The notes below the pieces were generated by a model that saw only the letters and a list, made by a program, of their open reading frames with translations, did not search any database and was not told the DNA's origin. A stretch of DNA of 64,000 nucleotides from Sedimentisphaerales bacterium (GTDB taxonomy: Bacteria > Planctomycetota > Phycisphaerae > Sedimentisphaerales > SM23-30): the NCBI GenBank assembly GCA_963666285.1, contig OY762711.1; one strand, given 5' to 3'. Below are positions 28,715 through 37,709 of this stretch, one piece after another (within the stretch, counting starts at the first letter, position 1; every line of letters begins with the position of its first letter). The translations under genes were made by a program, and so were the position numbers.

Positions 28715-29872
28715 CTAGTACGAAATAGTTTTCAGCCTTAACTTGTCATCAAGCTTAACATCAGCCAGAACAGAAGCAATCCTCTGACTGCTGCGACCGT
28801 CGCCGTATATATTATCGGGCTTGGTCTGCTTTTCAGAACAGGCTCGTTTAAGCATTTTATTCACGGCATTGTCAATGGCAGCCGGATCATTGTCACAATG
28901 TATCACTTTGCGACTTCGTTCACGCCCTGCCTGACGCATGCCAACATCAACTACATCGACATTTAGACAGCTCGCCTCAACTATTCCTCCCGAACTATTT
29001 CCCACCAGCCCTTGACTACGGACAAGCAAACCGAGGTAAATATCTCTGGGAAGGTGCCTTACAACGGAAAAATCATCTCTATCTTGTATATTCTCAATTG
29101 CTGAGATTATACCGGTGTGCCCGGTATCGCAATTCGGATATAACACTAGCTTATGCAATGACTTACTACCACAAACCGAAAGAATATCTTCCATTCTTTT
29201 TTGCTCAACAGCAGCAGAAGCACCGGATGAATGAAACAGAATTATGATGAATTCCCTGGTTAGATCAAAATCTACGAATGCATTTAACTTTTTTTTACAC
29301 TTACAAATATTTTTAAAAATTCCATCAATTGAAGGAGACCCGGTCCGATAAATGCGAAATATATCTTCTCCCAACCGCTCAATACGCCGTGCTGACTGAT
29401 CTGACGCTGCAAAATGAATATGTGATAACTTGGTCATAGCGTGACGATAGCAGTCATCATTTATCCCGGTAGCCCGGTCTCCGCCATGGATATGAGCAAT
29501 AATTTTTTCACATGCGGCTGCCGCGGCAGTTGCGGCAAACTGCTCCAGCCGGTCACCAAGAACAAGGACTATATCAGATTGATTATTTATATAAATCTCG
29601 CTGAACTTAGTAATTGCCTTACCCATACCCATCGCATGAGCAAGAATATCGTCCTTTTCTGACTGGAGCCTGACTTTCCCAACTATAGGCCAATTATCAG
29701 ACTCAACCTCTTTATATGTATAACCAAACTTTTTCAGCAGATGCTGACCGGTTATCAATACCTGCAAATTTAGCCGCCTATGAACTGAAACAGCTTTGAT
29801 CACCGGCTTTAATATACCATATTCAGCTCTGGTGCCGGTAACAATAGTAATATTTCTTTTTTTATTGGCCAT
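28715..29872 (-). CDS. neuC: UDP-N-acetylglucosamine 2-epimerase (hydrolysing, NeuC-like)
   Basis: TGTRAEYG, TGQHL, LGDR-x-E, HIHGGD, D-x-x-x-RHAMTKLSHIHF, GNSSGG, RQ-x-GR and YGDG motifs. Confidence 0.9.
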   Translation of the reverse strand: MANKKRNITIVTGTRAEYGILKPVIKAVSVHRRLNLQVLITGQHLLKKFGYTYKEVESDNWPIVGKVRLQSEKDDILAHAMGMGKAITKFSEIYINNQSDIVLVLGDRLEQFAATAAAAACEKIIAHIHGGDRATGINDDCYRHAMTKLSHIHFAASDQSARRIERLGEDIFRIYRTGSPSIDGIFKNICKCKKKLNAFVDFDLTREFIIILFHSSGASAAVEQKRMEDILSVCGSKSLHKLVLYPNCDTGHTGIISAIENIQDRDDFSVVRHLPRDIYLGLLVRSQGLVGNSSGGIVEASCLNVDVVDVGMRQAGRERSRKVIHCDNDPAAIDNAVNKMLKRACSEKQTKPDNIYGDGRSSQRIASVLADVKLDDKLRLKTISY

Positions 29873-30615
29873 TATTCACTATCTGCCTGGGCTTTTACAA
29901 ATTCATCTATTACTTCAACTACATTGGTATGCCCGTTATTAGCGGCAAAGTTTCTGGCGGTATCACCGTCAATATCTGCCACTTTCCAGTCTGCATTATT
30001 CTCCAACAGCAGTTTAACTACCTCGGCCTGACCCTCGGCAGCTGCAAACATCAGGGCTGTAAAATGCTCATCATTATCAGCAATATTTATATTTGCCCCG
30101 GCATCAAGCAACAATTTAACTGCAGAGACATTTGGACCACTGGCACAATATATCAAAGCTGTTCGCCCGGAAATATCCTGGGCATCTAAAGGGCACCCTT
30201 TTTTAATTAGCAGCTCCATAAGTTCACTATGACCGTCAAAAGCCGCCAGCATCAAAAGAGTAGATTTACTATCCGGAACTTGTGTATTTATATCAAGTCC
30301 TCCATCCAATGCCGCCTTGACAGTCGCAACATCTCCTTTAAAGCATGCTTCAAATATCGCCATCTCATCAGGAACGGTAACTTTGGTGTCAGGTTTAACC
30401 ATTTGAACTGTTTCAGGTACCGGCTGTTGTTCAACCTGCTCAACAGATACTTCTTCAGCAGGCTCTTCGCCAGCAACATCTATTTTGTCACTATCCTTTT
30501 GCACCTGAACACCAGCAGGTGCAGCTTTTACAGAATCGGCTTCTTCTTGTTCATCTTTACACCCATTGATAAATATTACTAATGCCAAGCAAAGAAAAGT
30601 TTTAGTTATTTTCAC
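29872..30615 (-). CDS. Ankyrin-repeat lipoprotein
   Basis: Lipobox INGC, acidic linker, 4-5 ankyrin repeats (TLLMLAAFDGH, GRTALIYCA, TALMFAAAEG). GTG 30615 follows GGAG; stop overlaps the neuC ATG (TAATG). Confidence 0.88.
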   Translation of the reverse strand: MKITKTFLCLALVIFINGCKDEQEEADSVKAAPAGVQVQKDSDKIDVAGEEPAEEVSVEQVEQQPVPETVQMVKPDTKVTVPDEMAIFEACFKGDVATVKAALDGGLDINTQVPDSKSTLLMLAAFDGHSELMELLIKKGCPLDAQDISGRTALIYCASGPNVSAVKLLLDAGANINIADNDEHFTALMFAAAEGQAEVVKLLLENNADWKVADIDGDTARNFAANNGHTNVVEVIDEFVKAQADSE

Positions 30616-30654
30616 AAAAAACTCCAAAATTTATCTTGTTATTCTTACAGCCAA

Positions 30655-33294
30655 CTATGCGTTCAGCATGTCAGCCAACGCTCTATAATCCTGTTTGCCA
30701 CTGCCCAGCAGCGGCATATCATCAACCTTTCTTATCTCTCGGATATTATGAAGACCTGATAAACCACTATCGCGTATGGCGGTATTAACCTGCTCTCGAT
30801 CTATTTCAATAGTAGTAAATAGTAGAAGCTCAGGGTTTTCGTCAAGATTCGAAGGTAAAACGGCAAAAACCGGGCCTTCTTCAGACATCTCAGATGTAAC
30901 AAATGCCTTATTCAATACTTCTTCAATCGCGGGCAGCGAAATCATTTCACCGCCAAGTTTTACAAATCGCTTGAGCCGACCGGCAAAAGTCAATATTCTA
31001 TCACTATCTTCGATTACCAGGTCGCCGGTATTGTACCACATCTTGCCATCATATTCAACAAATGGCGAACCACCATCGTATTTAAGATAGCCATGAAATA
31101 CGTTTTCGCCGCGCACCAGCAGTAGCCCCCTCTTACCTTGCTCAATGACAGTAAACGAATCAGGATCGACAATCACATATTGCATACAGCTGATTATCTT
31201 ACCGATTGTCTCTCGTTTTGGGTTATCATATGGATTAACGGAAACCCCTGGCGAACATTCTGTTATGCCGTATGCTTCCTGGACTGTTGCATCAGGACAG
31301 GCTTTCTCTAAAGCATCATATACATGCGGCTGGCATTTTTCAGCGCCTGTTATTATCGTTTTTATTGATGAGACCGCACCCGGGGCTGCTGCACGGACAA
31401 TACCGTTCAAAAATGTCGGCGTGCCCAACATGAATGTCGCCTTGTAGTGATTCACAGTCCTGGCAAGAACCCCGCCTTCATTGGGGTTCGGTGAATATAC
31501 TGCTCGAATACCTAAAACAGTCGGCACCACAATTAAACCGAGAAGGCCAAATGAATGAAACGGGGGCAAAATACCAAGCATAACTTCATTTTCACCAAAA
31601 TTAAAATATTCCAGCAGCGAATCTATATTTGCCATCAGGTTTCTATGCGTCAAAGGTACTGCCTTGGGAATATTCTCCGAGCCGCTGGTAAATAATACAA
31701 CCGCAGTCTCATCAGGCACTGCCTTATCCAGCTCAGCCCAGCAAACCTTAGACTTAATCTTAGCCCATATCTTTTTGGCAAGACTAATATTTTTACCAAT
31801 ATCTTCCAGGCAGCAGAATTTATCATCTATGCTATCGAGCTGAACTCCCTGCCCTTTTAACTTTTCCAAAAGCAGCTTTGATGTCAGAATAGAAGAAACC
31901 TCTAATTTATCCATCAAAACCTTCAGGTTTTTCCTGCCTTGAGTCCAGTTAACCATAACCGGTATTTTACCGGCAAATAAAATCGCCAGATACAGCACCG
32001 TCGCACCTGCTGATGCAGGAAGCATTATTCCTATATATTTACCTGGCAAACTTTCTATTACCGGCTTTAATACCATTATGGAAAGAACTATATCTCGATT
32101 TGTTTTCACACCTGATTTCTGATCGGCCAGCATACTTCTATCCGGTTGGCGGCGTGCCTGATCAAGAAAACCTTTACATATAGACAAATCTGCCATATTG
32201 TCCGGCTTGTAATATGAAGGAGGCTCCTTAAACCATTTTTCCGGAACAGGTAAAAGATCTGCCCTGGCTGCTGAAACAGCCTGTCCGCAGGCCGCCAGCA
32301 TAAGATCACCAACACTCTGGAGAGATTCGATATCAGTCTGAGGGAAGCCAAATTCATTCTCTATCCAAACGGCAATATCTGAAACCGCAAGCGAATCCAT
32401 ACCCAGATCACCTGCCAGTGAACTGCTATCATCAAAACTGGAAATGCCTATTCTGTCGATAATATAATTAGTTACTATTTTTCGAGTTGCCGACGGCACC
32501 ATAGAAGTATCATTATCCGCTTTATGAACTATCGGTTCAGGCAATTCATGATAACCACTGCGATCCCAGATAGAATACGGCACATATTGAGCAGTTAACG
32601 CTCCTTTATTATAAAAGTCTTCAAGGTAGGTGTTTATTTCCCTGCGGTCACCATGAACCGGAAAATCTTTCGGCTCCTCAAATTCAAGAGTAACTTTCCT
32701 TTTAGGCATAAAGAAAATACCGCTCAACAGTAAGCCTTTTATGCCCCGTTTCAACGCCCTGCCGGCCAACGGATTAACACCTTCATATCCCCAGCTGAAC
32801 ATGCTGCCCCAAAGACCGCGATTGCGAATAAGGACAATCTGAGCGTCCGGTACAGCCTTTACAATCTGTTCGACACCACTATTGGTACCAATCTTTTCGT
32901 ATTTACTGCGATACAAGGCACCCGATGGATACATCAGGACATTATCACCGTTATTTAATGCTTCAATACACTTATCTATAGTCTGTTTGATAGCCGCGGC
33001 ACCACCGACACCTTCCTTTGCCAGCGAAGGCATTGTCAAAACCTTCATCTTGCGTGCCGTCCAGCCGATAACAGGCCTGTCAACCTGATCTGCATGCCCA
33101 ATCGGTCGTATGCGAAAACGTCTGAACAGTGTTGCTACTACAATAATCGGGTCCATTAATGCCGGATGGTTCGGCAGAAACAATATCCCTTTATTGCCAG
33201 TCTTTTTAATCTCGTCTAAACCCTTAAAAGTGATTTTATAACGCAGCCTGACAAGAAAATTAGTTATCAATACAATAATATCGGTAATAAACAT
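30655..33294 (-). CDS. Aas-like acyltransferase - acyl carrier - acyl-ACP synthetase fusion
   Basis: PlsC NH-x4-D (NHPALMDP), carrier motif LGMDSL, adenylation motifs FTSGSENIPK, YGITE, WYNTGD and GRLKRFVKLGGEM. Confidence 0.88.
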   Translation of the reverse strand: MFITDIIVLITNFLVRLRYKITFKGLDEIKKTGNKGILFLPNHPALMDPIIVVATLFRRFRIRPIGHADQVDRPVIGWTARKMKVLTMPSLAKEGVGGAAAIKQTIDKCIEALNNGDNVLMYPSGALYRSKYEKIGTNSGVEQIVKAVPDAQIVLIRNRGLWGSMFSWGYEGVNPLAGRALKRGIKGLLLSGIFFMPKRKVTLEFEEPKDFPVHGDRREINTYLEDFYNKGALTAQYVPYSIWDRSGYHELPEPIVHKADNDTSMVPSATRKIVTNYIIDRIGISSFDDSSSLAGDLGMDSLAVSDIAVWIENEFGFPQTDIESLQSVGDLMLAACGQAVSAARADLLPVPEKWFKEPPSYYKPDNMADLSICKGFLDQARRQPDRSMLADQKSGVKTNRDIVLSIMVLKPVIESLPGKYIGIMLPASAGATVLYLAILFAGKIPVMVNWTQGRKNLKVLMDKLEVSSILTSKLLLEKLKGQGVQLDSIDDKFCCLEDIGKNISLAKKIWAKIKSKVCWAELDKAVPDETAVVLFTSGSENIPKAVPLTHRNLMANIDSLLEYFNFGENEVMLGILPPFHSFGLLGLIVVPTVLGIRAVYSPNPNEGGVLARTVNHYKATFMLGTPTFLNGIVRAAAPGAVSSIKTIITGAEKCQPHVYDALEKACPDATVQEAYGITECSPGVSVNPYDNPKRETIGKIISCMQYVIVDPDSFTVIEQGKRGLLLVRGENVFHGYLKYDGGSPFVEYDGKMWYNTGDLVIEDSDRILTFAGRLKRFVKLGGEMISLPAIEEVLNKAFVTSEMSEEGPVFAVLPSNLDENPELLLFTTIEIDREQVNTAIRDSGLSGLHNIREIRKVDDMPLLGSGKQDYRALADMLNA

Positions 33295-33296
33295 AA

Positions 33297-34591
33297 TCAG
33301 CCCTCCACCTCTTCTGAAACAGAAGCAGTTTCAGGTTTGACAAAATAAAATATTACTGCACCAATCGCAAACAATATCATTACAGAAAAAATGCCGTAAC
33401 GTGAAGCTTTTTCCGGCTCTGCACCCAGGTAAAGTGAAAAACGTTCACCATAGACAACCAATAGCGGCCCTAGAAATGCGGCAAATTTACCCAGCATATT
33501 ATATATACCGAAAAATTCACCTTGCTGACCTTTCGGCACAAGGCGGGTAAAATAAGACCGACTTAAAGCCTGAATGCCACCTTGAACTAAACCTACCGCT
33601 ATTGCCAGTGCATAGAACTCCCTGGCCTCATTCATAAACGCTGCCAGGAATGTGATACACATATATACAAAAATCGCAAAATATATCCCTTTTCTTGAAC
33701 CTACCTTCTGGCCGACATAACCATATATAATAGCGGCAGGGAATCCGATAAAATTGGTAATAAGAATTGCAAGTATCAAATCAGAACTATCTAAACCAAT
33801 GGATTTTCCATACGCTCCTGCCATGCGGAATATTGTGTCGACACCATCAATATAGAACCAGTAAGCAATCAAAACATAAAAACTGTCTTATGGTGACGGA
33901 GTTTTTTGAAAGTATCAAACAATTGCGACAAACCTTCAGCAACAGCGACTTTAATTTTCTTTTTGCCCATTTTAGTGTCTGGAACATAAAGGAACAGCGG
34001 CAAAGAAAATATTGCCCACCATATACCTACAGAAATAAAAGAATACTTTATCGCTTGACTATCATCTGCAATTCCAAACCATTCTTTCTTAAATAACATT
34101 AACACGTTTAATGATAACAATATTGCTCCGCCAATGTAACCAAACGCATACCCAAGACCGGAAACGAAATCAACCTTTTCTTCATTAGCGACATTCAAAA
34201 TTAGAGAGTCATAAAATGTCAGCCCACCTGAAAAGCCGATTGACGCCAATAAAAAGAGTATAAATGCTATTTGCCAATCTCCCGCACCGACACTTGAAAA
34301 CATTATAGTTGCAAAAACACCTAATAATGTAAAAGCTCCTAAAAACACTTTTTTGCCACCGGCTCTATCGGCAATAGCGCCCAACACCGGTGCAATAAGA
34401 ACTACAATAACACATGACAGTGAATTTGCAACCCCCAATCTTGTATTACTATCGCTATTGCTAACACCAGTTCCGCACCAGTAATCCTTAAAAAATACAG
34501 GGAAAAAAGCAGCCATAACAGTCGTGGCATAGGCAGAATTTGCCCAGTCATACATAGCCCAGCTAAATATCTTTTTATCTATCTTAATCAT
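33297..34591 (-). pseudogene. UMF1/Atg22-like MFS transporter, frameshifted at ~33872
   Basis: N-half (SWAMYDWANSAY...) stops at ATG TTT TGA; C-half (LIAYWFYIDGV...QALSRS...GEFFG) continues in the -1 frame. Adding one T gives a single 431-aa ORF. Confidence 0.82.
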
Positions 34592-34765
34592 TAATGATAA
34601 TCCTTTATCTGCGATATCCTTATATAAGCATTTTATACGCTATCTAATAATTATGCCAATAAGAAATATCTTGCATAAATCATTATATACACTTAAATTA
34701 TTAAAAATAATACACGTTATAATATTACTTATTACAAATGAGATGCCAAAAACAAAGATATAATA

Positions 34766-34778
34766 CAACTTATTGATA
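34766..34778 (-). promoter_or_regulatory. IHF-consensus-like site in a divergent intergenic region
   Basis: TATCAATAAGTTG matches WATCAANNNNTTR, but the AT-rich context makes a chance match plausible. Confidence 0.3.
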
Positions 34779-34873
34779 TAAAGACACTTACACACAATAC
34801 GTCAAACACAATCAGACGTCAGGCCTGACATGGACTGCATTAGCCTGCAAATTAACATACATTTTATGTATAT

Positions 34874-36193
34874 ATGAAAATTAACCTGAACATTATATTA
34901 TTGGCTGCAGCATTAGTCTGTATCCTGTTTTCTGCTTCAACAGATGCGGTTCAAAATTTCCCACCGCCTGATTTTGAAACAGACTACACGATGCCAAACC
35001 TGGAGATACCGGAACCTCAATTCAGACTGAACCCCGTTATTGACATCATAGCATTGACAACAGCATTATCTCTGGCCAGTTTTTTCTCTCTTAAGACGAG
35101 ATCGCGAAAGGCCCTGTTTTGCCTGATGATTGCCTGTATGCTGTATTTCGGATTCTATCGTAAAGGATGCGTCTGTTCGATAGGAGCAATACAAAATATC
35201 TCCCTGGGGCTTTTCGATAGTAACTATACCGCCAGCCTGTTAATCATTGCGTTTTTTGCCCTGCCAATAATCTTTTCATTATTCTTCGGCAGGGTCTTCT
35301 GCGGCTCCGTTTGCCCGCTAGGTGCCATTCAAGACCTGGTAACCCTCAAACCATTAAAAGTTCCTGCTTGGCTGGAAAACATACTACAGATGTTTGCCTG
35401 GATATATCTCGGACTTGCTATTTTACTGGCAGCAACAAATACAGCCTTTATCATATGCCGCTATGACCCATTTATATCCATTTACCGCTTTACCGCAGGG
35501 TTTGACATTATCGTACTTACCGTTGCATTTCTCATCCTGTCAATGCTGGTAGGCCGGCCATACTGCAGATTTATCTGTCCATACGGTGTTATCCTGCGGC
35601 AGGCATCACGATTGGCAAAATGGAAAATATCTATCGTACCCAAAGGTCAGGAATGCGTTCAATGCAGATTATGCGTTGCAAAATGTCCATATGATGCTAT
35701 CAATGAACCTTACCAGGCTCCTGTTAAAACCAGTTATTCTGGAGAAATACGCAAGTTTATTCTTTATATAGCTATTACCTCAGCATTAATAATCGTTGGC
35801 ATTTTCAGCGGCTTAAAACTGGGACAACACCTGGCACAGGGTAATATAAACGTTATTACTGCAAATGTCATCAGGGGAACAGCTGATAACATAAGTCCGG
35901 ACGATCAAAACGCGATCCTTGAAGCCGTTAGAGCAAATAGCCTTAAAGAAGAAAACATTTTCCTTGCCGAAGCTGATATTATAAAGAAATTTCAGCGGGG
36001 AGCCGTTTTGGTCACAACCCTGCTTGGCCTTATTGCAGGACTGAAACTTACCCGAACCATTATTTACCGCAGCCGAAAAGATTACGAGGTTGATGACGGT
36101 AAATGCTTATATTGCGGCAGATGCCTGGATGCCTGCCCCGAAGAAAACACAAATACAATAAATTTATCCGGAGCTAAAAATGGAACAATATAA
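34874..36193 (+). CDS. Membrane 4Fe-4S binding protein (NapH/MauN-like polyferredoxin)
   Basis: Several TM segments, GRVFCGSVCPLG, RPYCRFICPYG, two CxxCxxCxxxCP motifs. Confidence 0.85.
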   Translation: MKINLNIILLAAALVCILFSASTDAVQNFPPPDFETDYTMPNLEIPEPQFRLNPVIDIIALTTALSLASFFSLKTRSRKALFCLMIACMLYFGFYRKGCVCSIGAIQNISLGLFDSNYTASLLIIAFFALPIIFSLFFGRVFCGSVCPLGAIQDLVTLKPLKVPAWLENILQMFAWIYLGLAILLAATNTAFIICRYDPFISIYRFTAGFDIIVLTVAFLILSMLVGRPYCRFICPYGVILRQASRLAKWKISIVPKGQECVQCRLCVAKCPYDAINEPYQAPVKTSYSGEIRKFILYIAITSALIIVGIFSGLKLGQHLAQGNINVITANVIRGTADNISPDDQNAILEAVRANSLKEENIFLAEADIIKKFQRGAVLVTTLLGLIAGLKLTRTIIYRSRKDYEVDDGKCLYCGRCLDACPEENTNTINLSGAKNGTI

Positions 36194-36851
36194 ACAGGAT
36201 TTTATCGAATTTCTCGTCAATTGCGGCGTGCTGACTTTTGGTGATTTTACTACTAAAAGCGGGCGAAAAACTCCATATTTCGTCAATACCGGCAACTATA
36301 AAACCGGCAGCCAGCTGGGAAAGCTTGGCGAGTTCTATGCCCAGGCAATTATTAGCCAATACGGCAATGATTTTGACAATTTATACGGCCCGGCCTATAA
36401 AGGAATACCGCTTTCTGTCACTACCGGCATAGCGATCAACAGAAACTTTGAGAAAGATGTTACTATAACCTATAACCGCAAAGAAGAAAAAGACCATGGT
36501 GAAGGCGGGTCAATTATAGGATACAAATACAGTGGAAAAGAAAAGGTAATTATTATCGAAGATGTAATAACTGCCGGCACCAGCATACGAGAAACCATGG
36601 CACTGCTTGAACATTACAATAAACCTCAGGTTAAAGCCGTTATTGTATCTGTTGACCGTATGGAAAAAGGTACCACAGACCTTACCGCCATCGACCAGGC
36701 AAAAGTCGATTACGGCATAGATGTATTTTCTATCGTTAATGTTCGCGAGATAATAGAATATCTGCATAACAGAAATGTTGGTACTGTTCTTATTGACGAT
36801 AACATGAAAGACAGGATGGAAGATTACCTTGACAAATATGGTGCCAAATAA
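36180..36851 (+). CDS. pyrE: Orotate phosphoribosyltransferase
   Basis: FGDFTTKSGR-x-TPYF, GPAYKGIP, NRKEEKDHGEGG and IIEDVITAGTS motifs. Confidence 0.97.
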   Translation: MEQYKQDFIEFLVNCGVLTFGDFTTKSGRKTPYFVNTGNYKTGSQLGKLGEFYAQAIISQYGNDFDNLYGPAYKGIPLSVTTGIAINRNFEKDVTITYNRKEEKDHGEGGSIIGYKYSGKEKVIIIEDVITAGTSIRETMALLEHYNKPQVKAVIVSVDRMEKGTTDLTAIDQAKVDYGIDVFSIVNVREIIEYLHNRNVGTVLIDDNMKDRMEDYLDKYGAK

Positions 36852-36873
36852 CAGAGCGTTCACATACAAGCAT

Positions 36874-36905
36874 AAAGGCCGGAAGATTTCTCTTTCGGCC
36901 TTTTT
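36874..36905. terminator. Intrinsic terminator, probably bidirectional
   Basis: AAAGGCCGGAAGA-loop-TCTTTCGGCCTTTTT between convergent genes. Confidence 0.8.
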
Positions 36906-36946
36906 ATATATCGATAATGTCTAAGAAGATTAGTTTCTTGTAATTG

Positions 36947-37657
36947 CTAGTCTATCAGCCATTCTTCAGCTAATAAAGCAAAGTCATTCATATCTACAAT
37001 GCCGTCGCCATCTGCCGGGGCAATATCTGCCTGCAAACCATCTCCGGTTGCAAGCCATTCGCTGCTCAATATAGCCAGATCATCATTATCAACATTCCCG
37101 TCATAGTTTATATCCGCCCTGTGAAATACCCCAAAACTGGCATCATATTGTTCATTACTTTCAAAATCTGTAGCCTGTACTGTTGATGTATCAACAAAAT
37201 ACTGGGCGCCAAGTATATTAAGCGTCAGATTGTGAATTCCAAGTTGACTGACAGTGTAACTGCCTTTGCATAATATATATTCAGTGCCATCGTTGCCAAT
37301 ATTATAAGTACGCGGCAAACTCTGGGCAGCAATCATATTTGTTATTTTTGTATTACTGTTTACAAGTGCGCCCTGATAATTAATAACAAAACCTTCAGCA
37401 ATACCATATTCTGTATCTGTAAATTCACTTCCACTGATCTGAGGAAGCTGCAAAGACTCACCAGCGGTTTCCTCTAAATCCAGTGAAATTGAGACAATAC
37501 CGGCATTATCTCCTGTGCTGGCCCACGCCTTGATTGTCCAGTTTATCGTCTGGCCGATACGATAGTTCAAACTGTCAGTCTCTACCCTAACATTAAACAC
37601 CGCTGCTGAAGCAAATGCAGCAAAAACACACAAAACAAATGAAATCTTCTTAAACAT
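36947..37657 (-). CDS. Secreted protein with cohesin-like beta-sandwich and C-terminal dockerin-like domain
   Basis: Signal peptide; ~160-aa beta-rich domain; two Ca-binding repeats ADINYDGNVDNDDLAIL...WL and ADIAPADGDGIVDMNDFALL...WL. The cohesin call is tentative. Confidence 0.7.
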   Translation of the reverse strand: MFKKISFVLCVFAAFASAAVFNVRVETDSLNYRIGQTINWTIKAWASTGDNAGIVSISLDLEETAGESLQLPQISGSEFTDTEYGIAEGFVINYQGALVNSNTKITNMIAAQSLPRTYNIGNDGTEYILCKGSYTVSQLGIHNLTLNILGAQYFVDTSTVQATDFESNEQYDASFGVFHRADINYDGNVDNDDLAILSSEWLATGDGLQADIAPADGDGIVDMNDFALLAEEWLID

Positions 37658-37709
37658 TATCGCATTCTCCTGTTATATTATTAAACATTATTACTATATA
37701 CATAATTGA

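Noticed and set aside
33869..33885. Programmed -1 frameshift or selenocysteine readthrough in the MFS gene
   Set aside because: No canonical X XXY YYZ heptamer in frame, and the continuation is in another frame so readthrough would not rejoin it.
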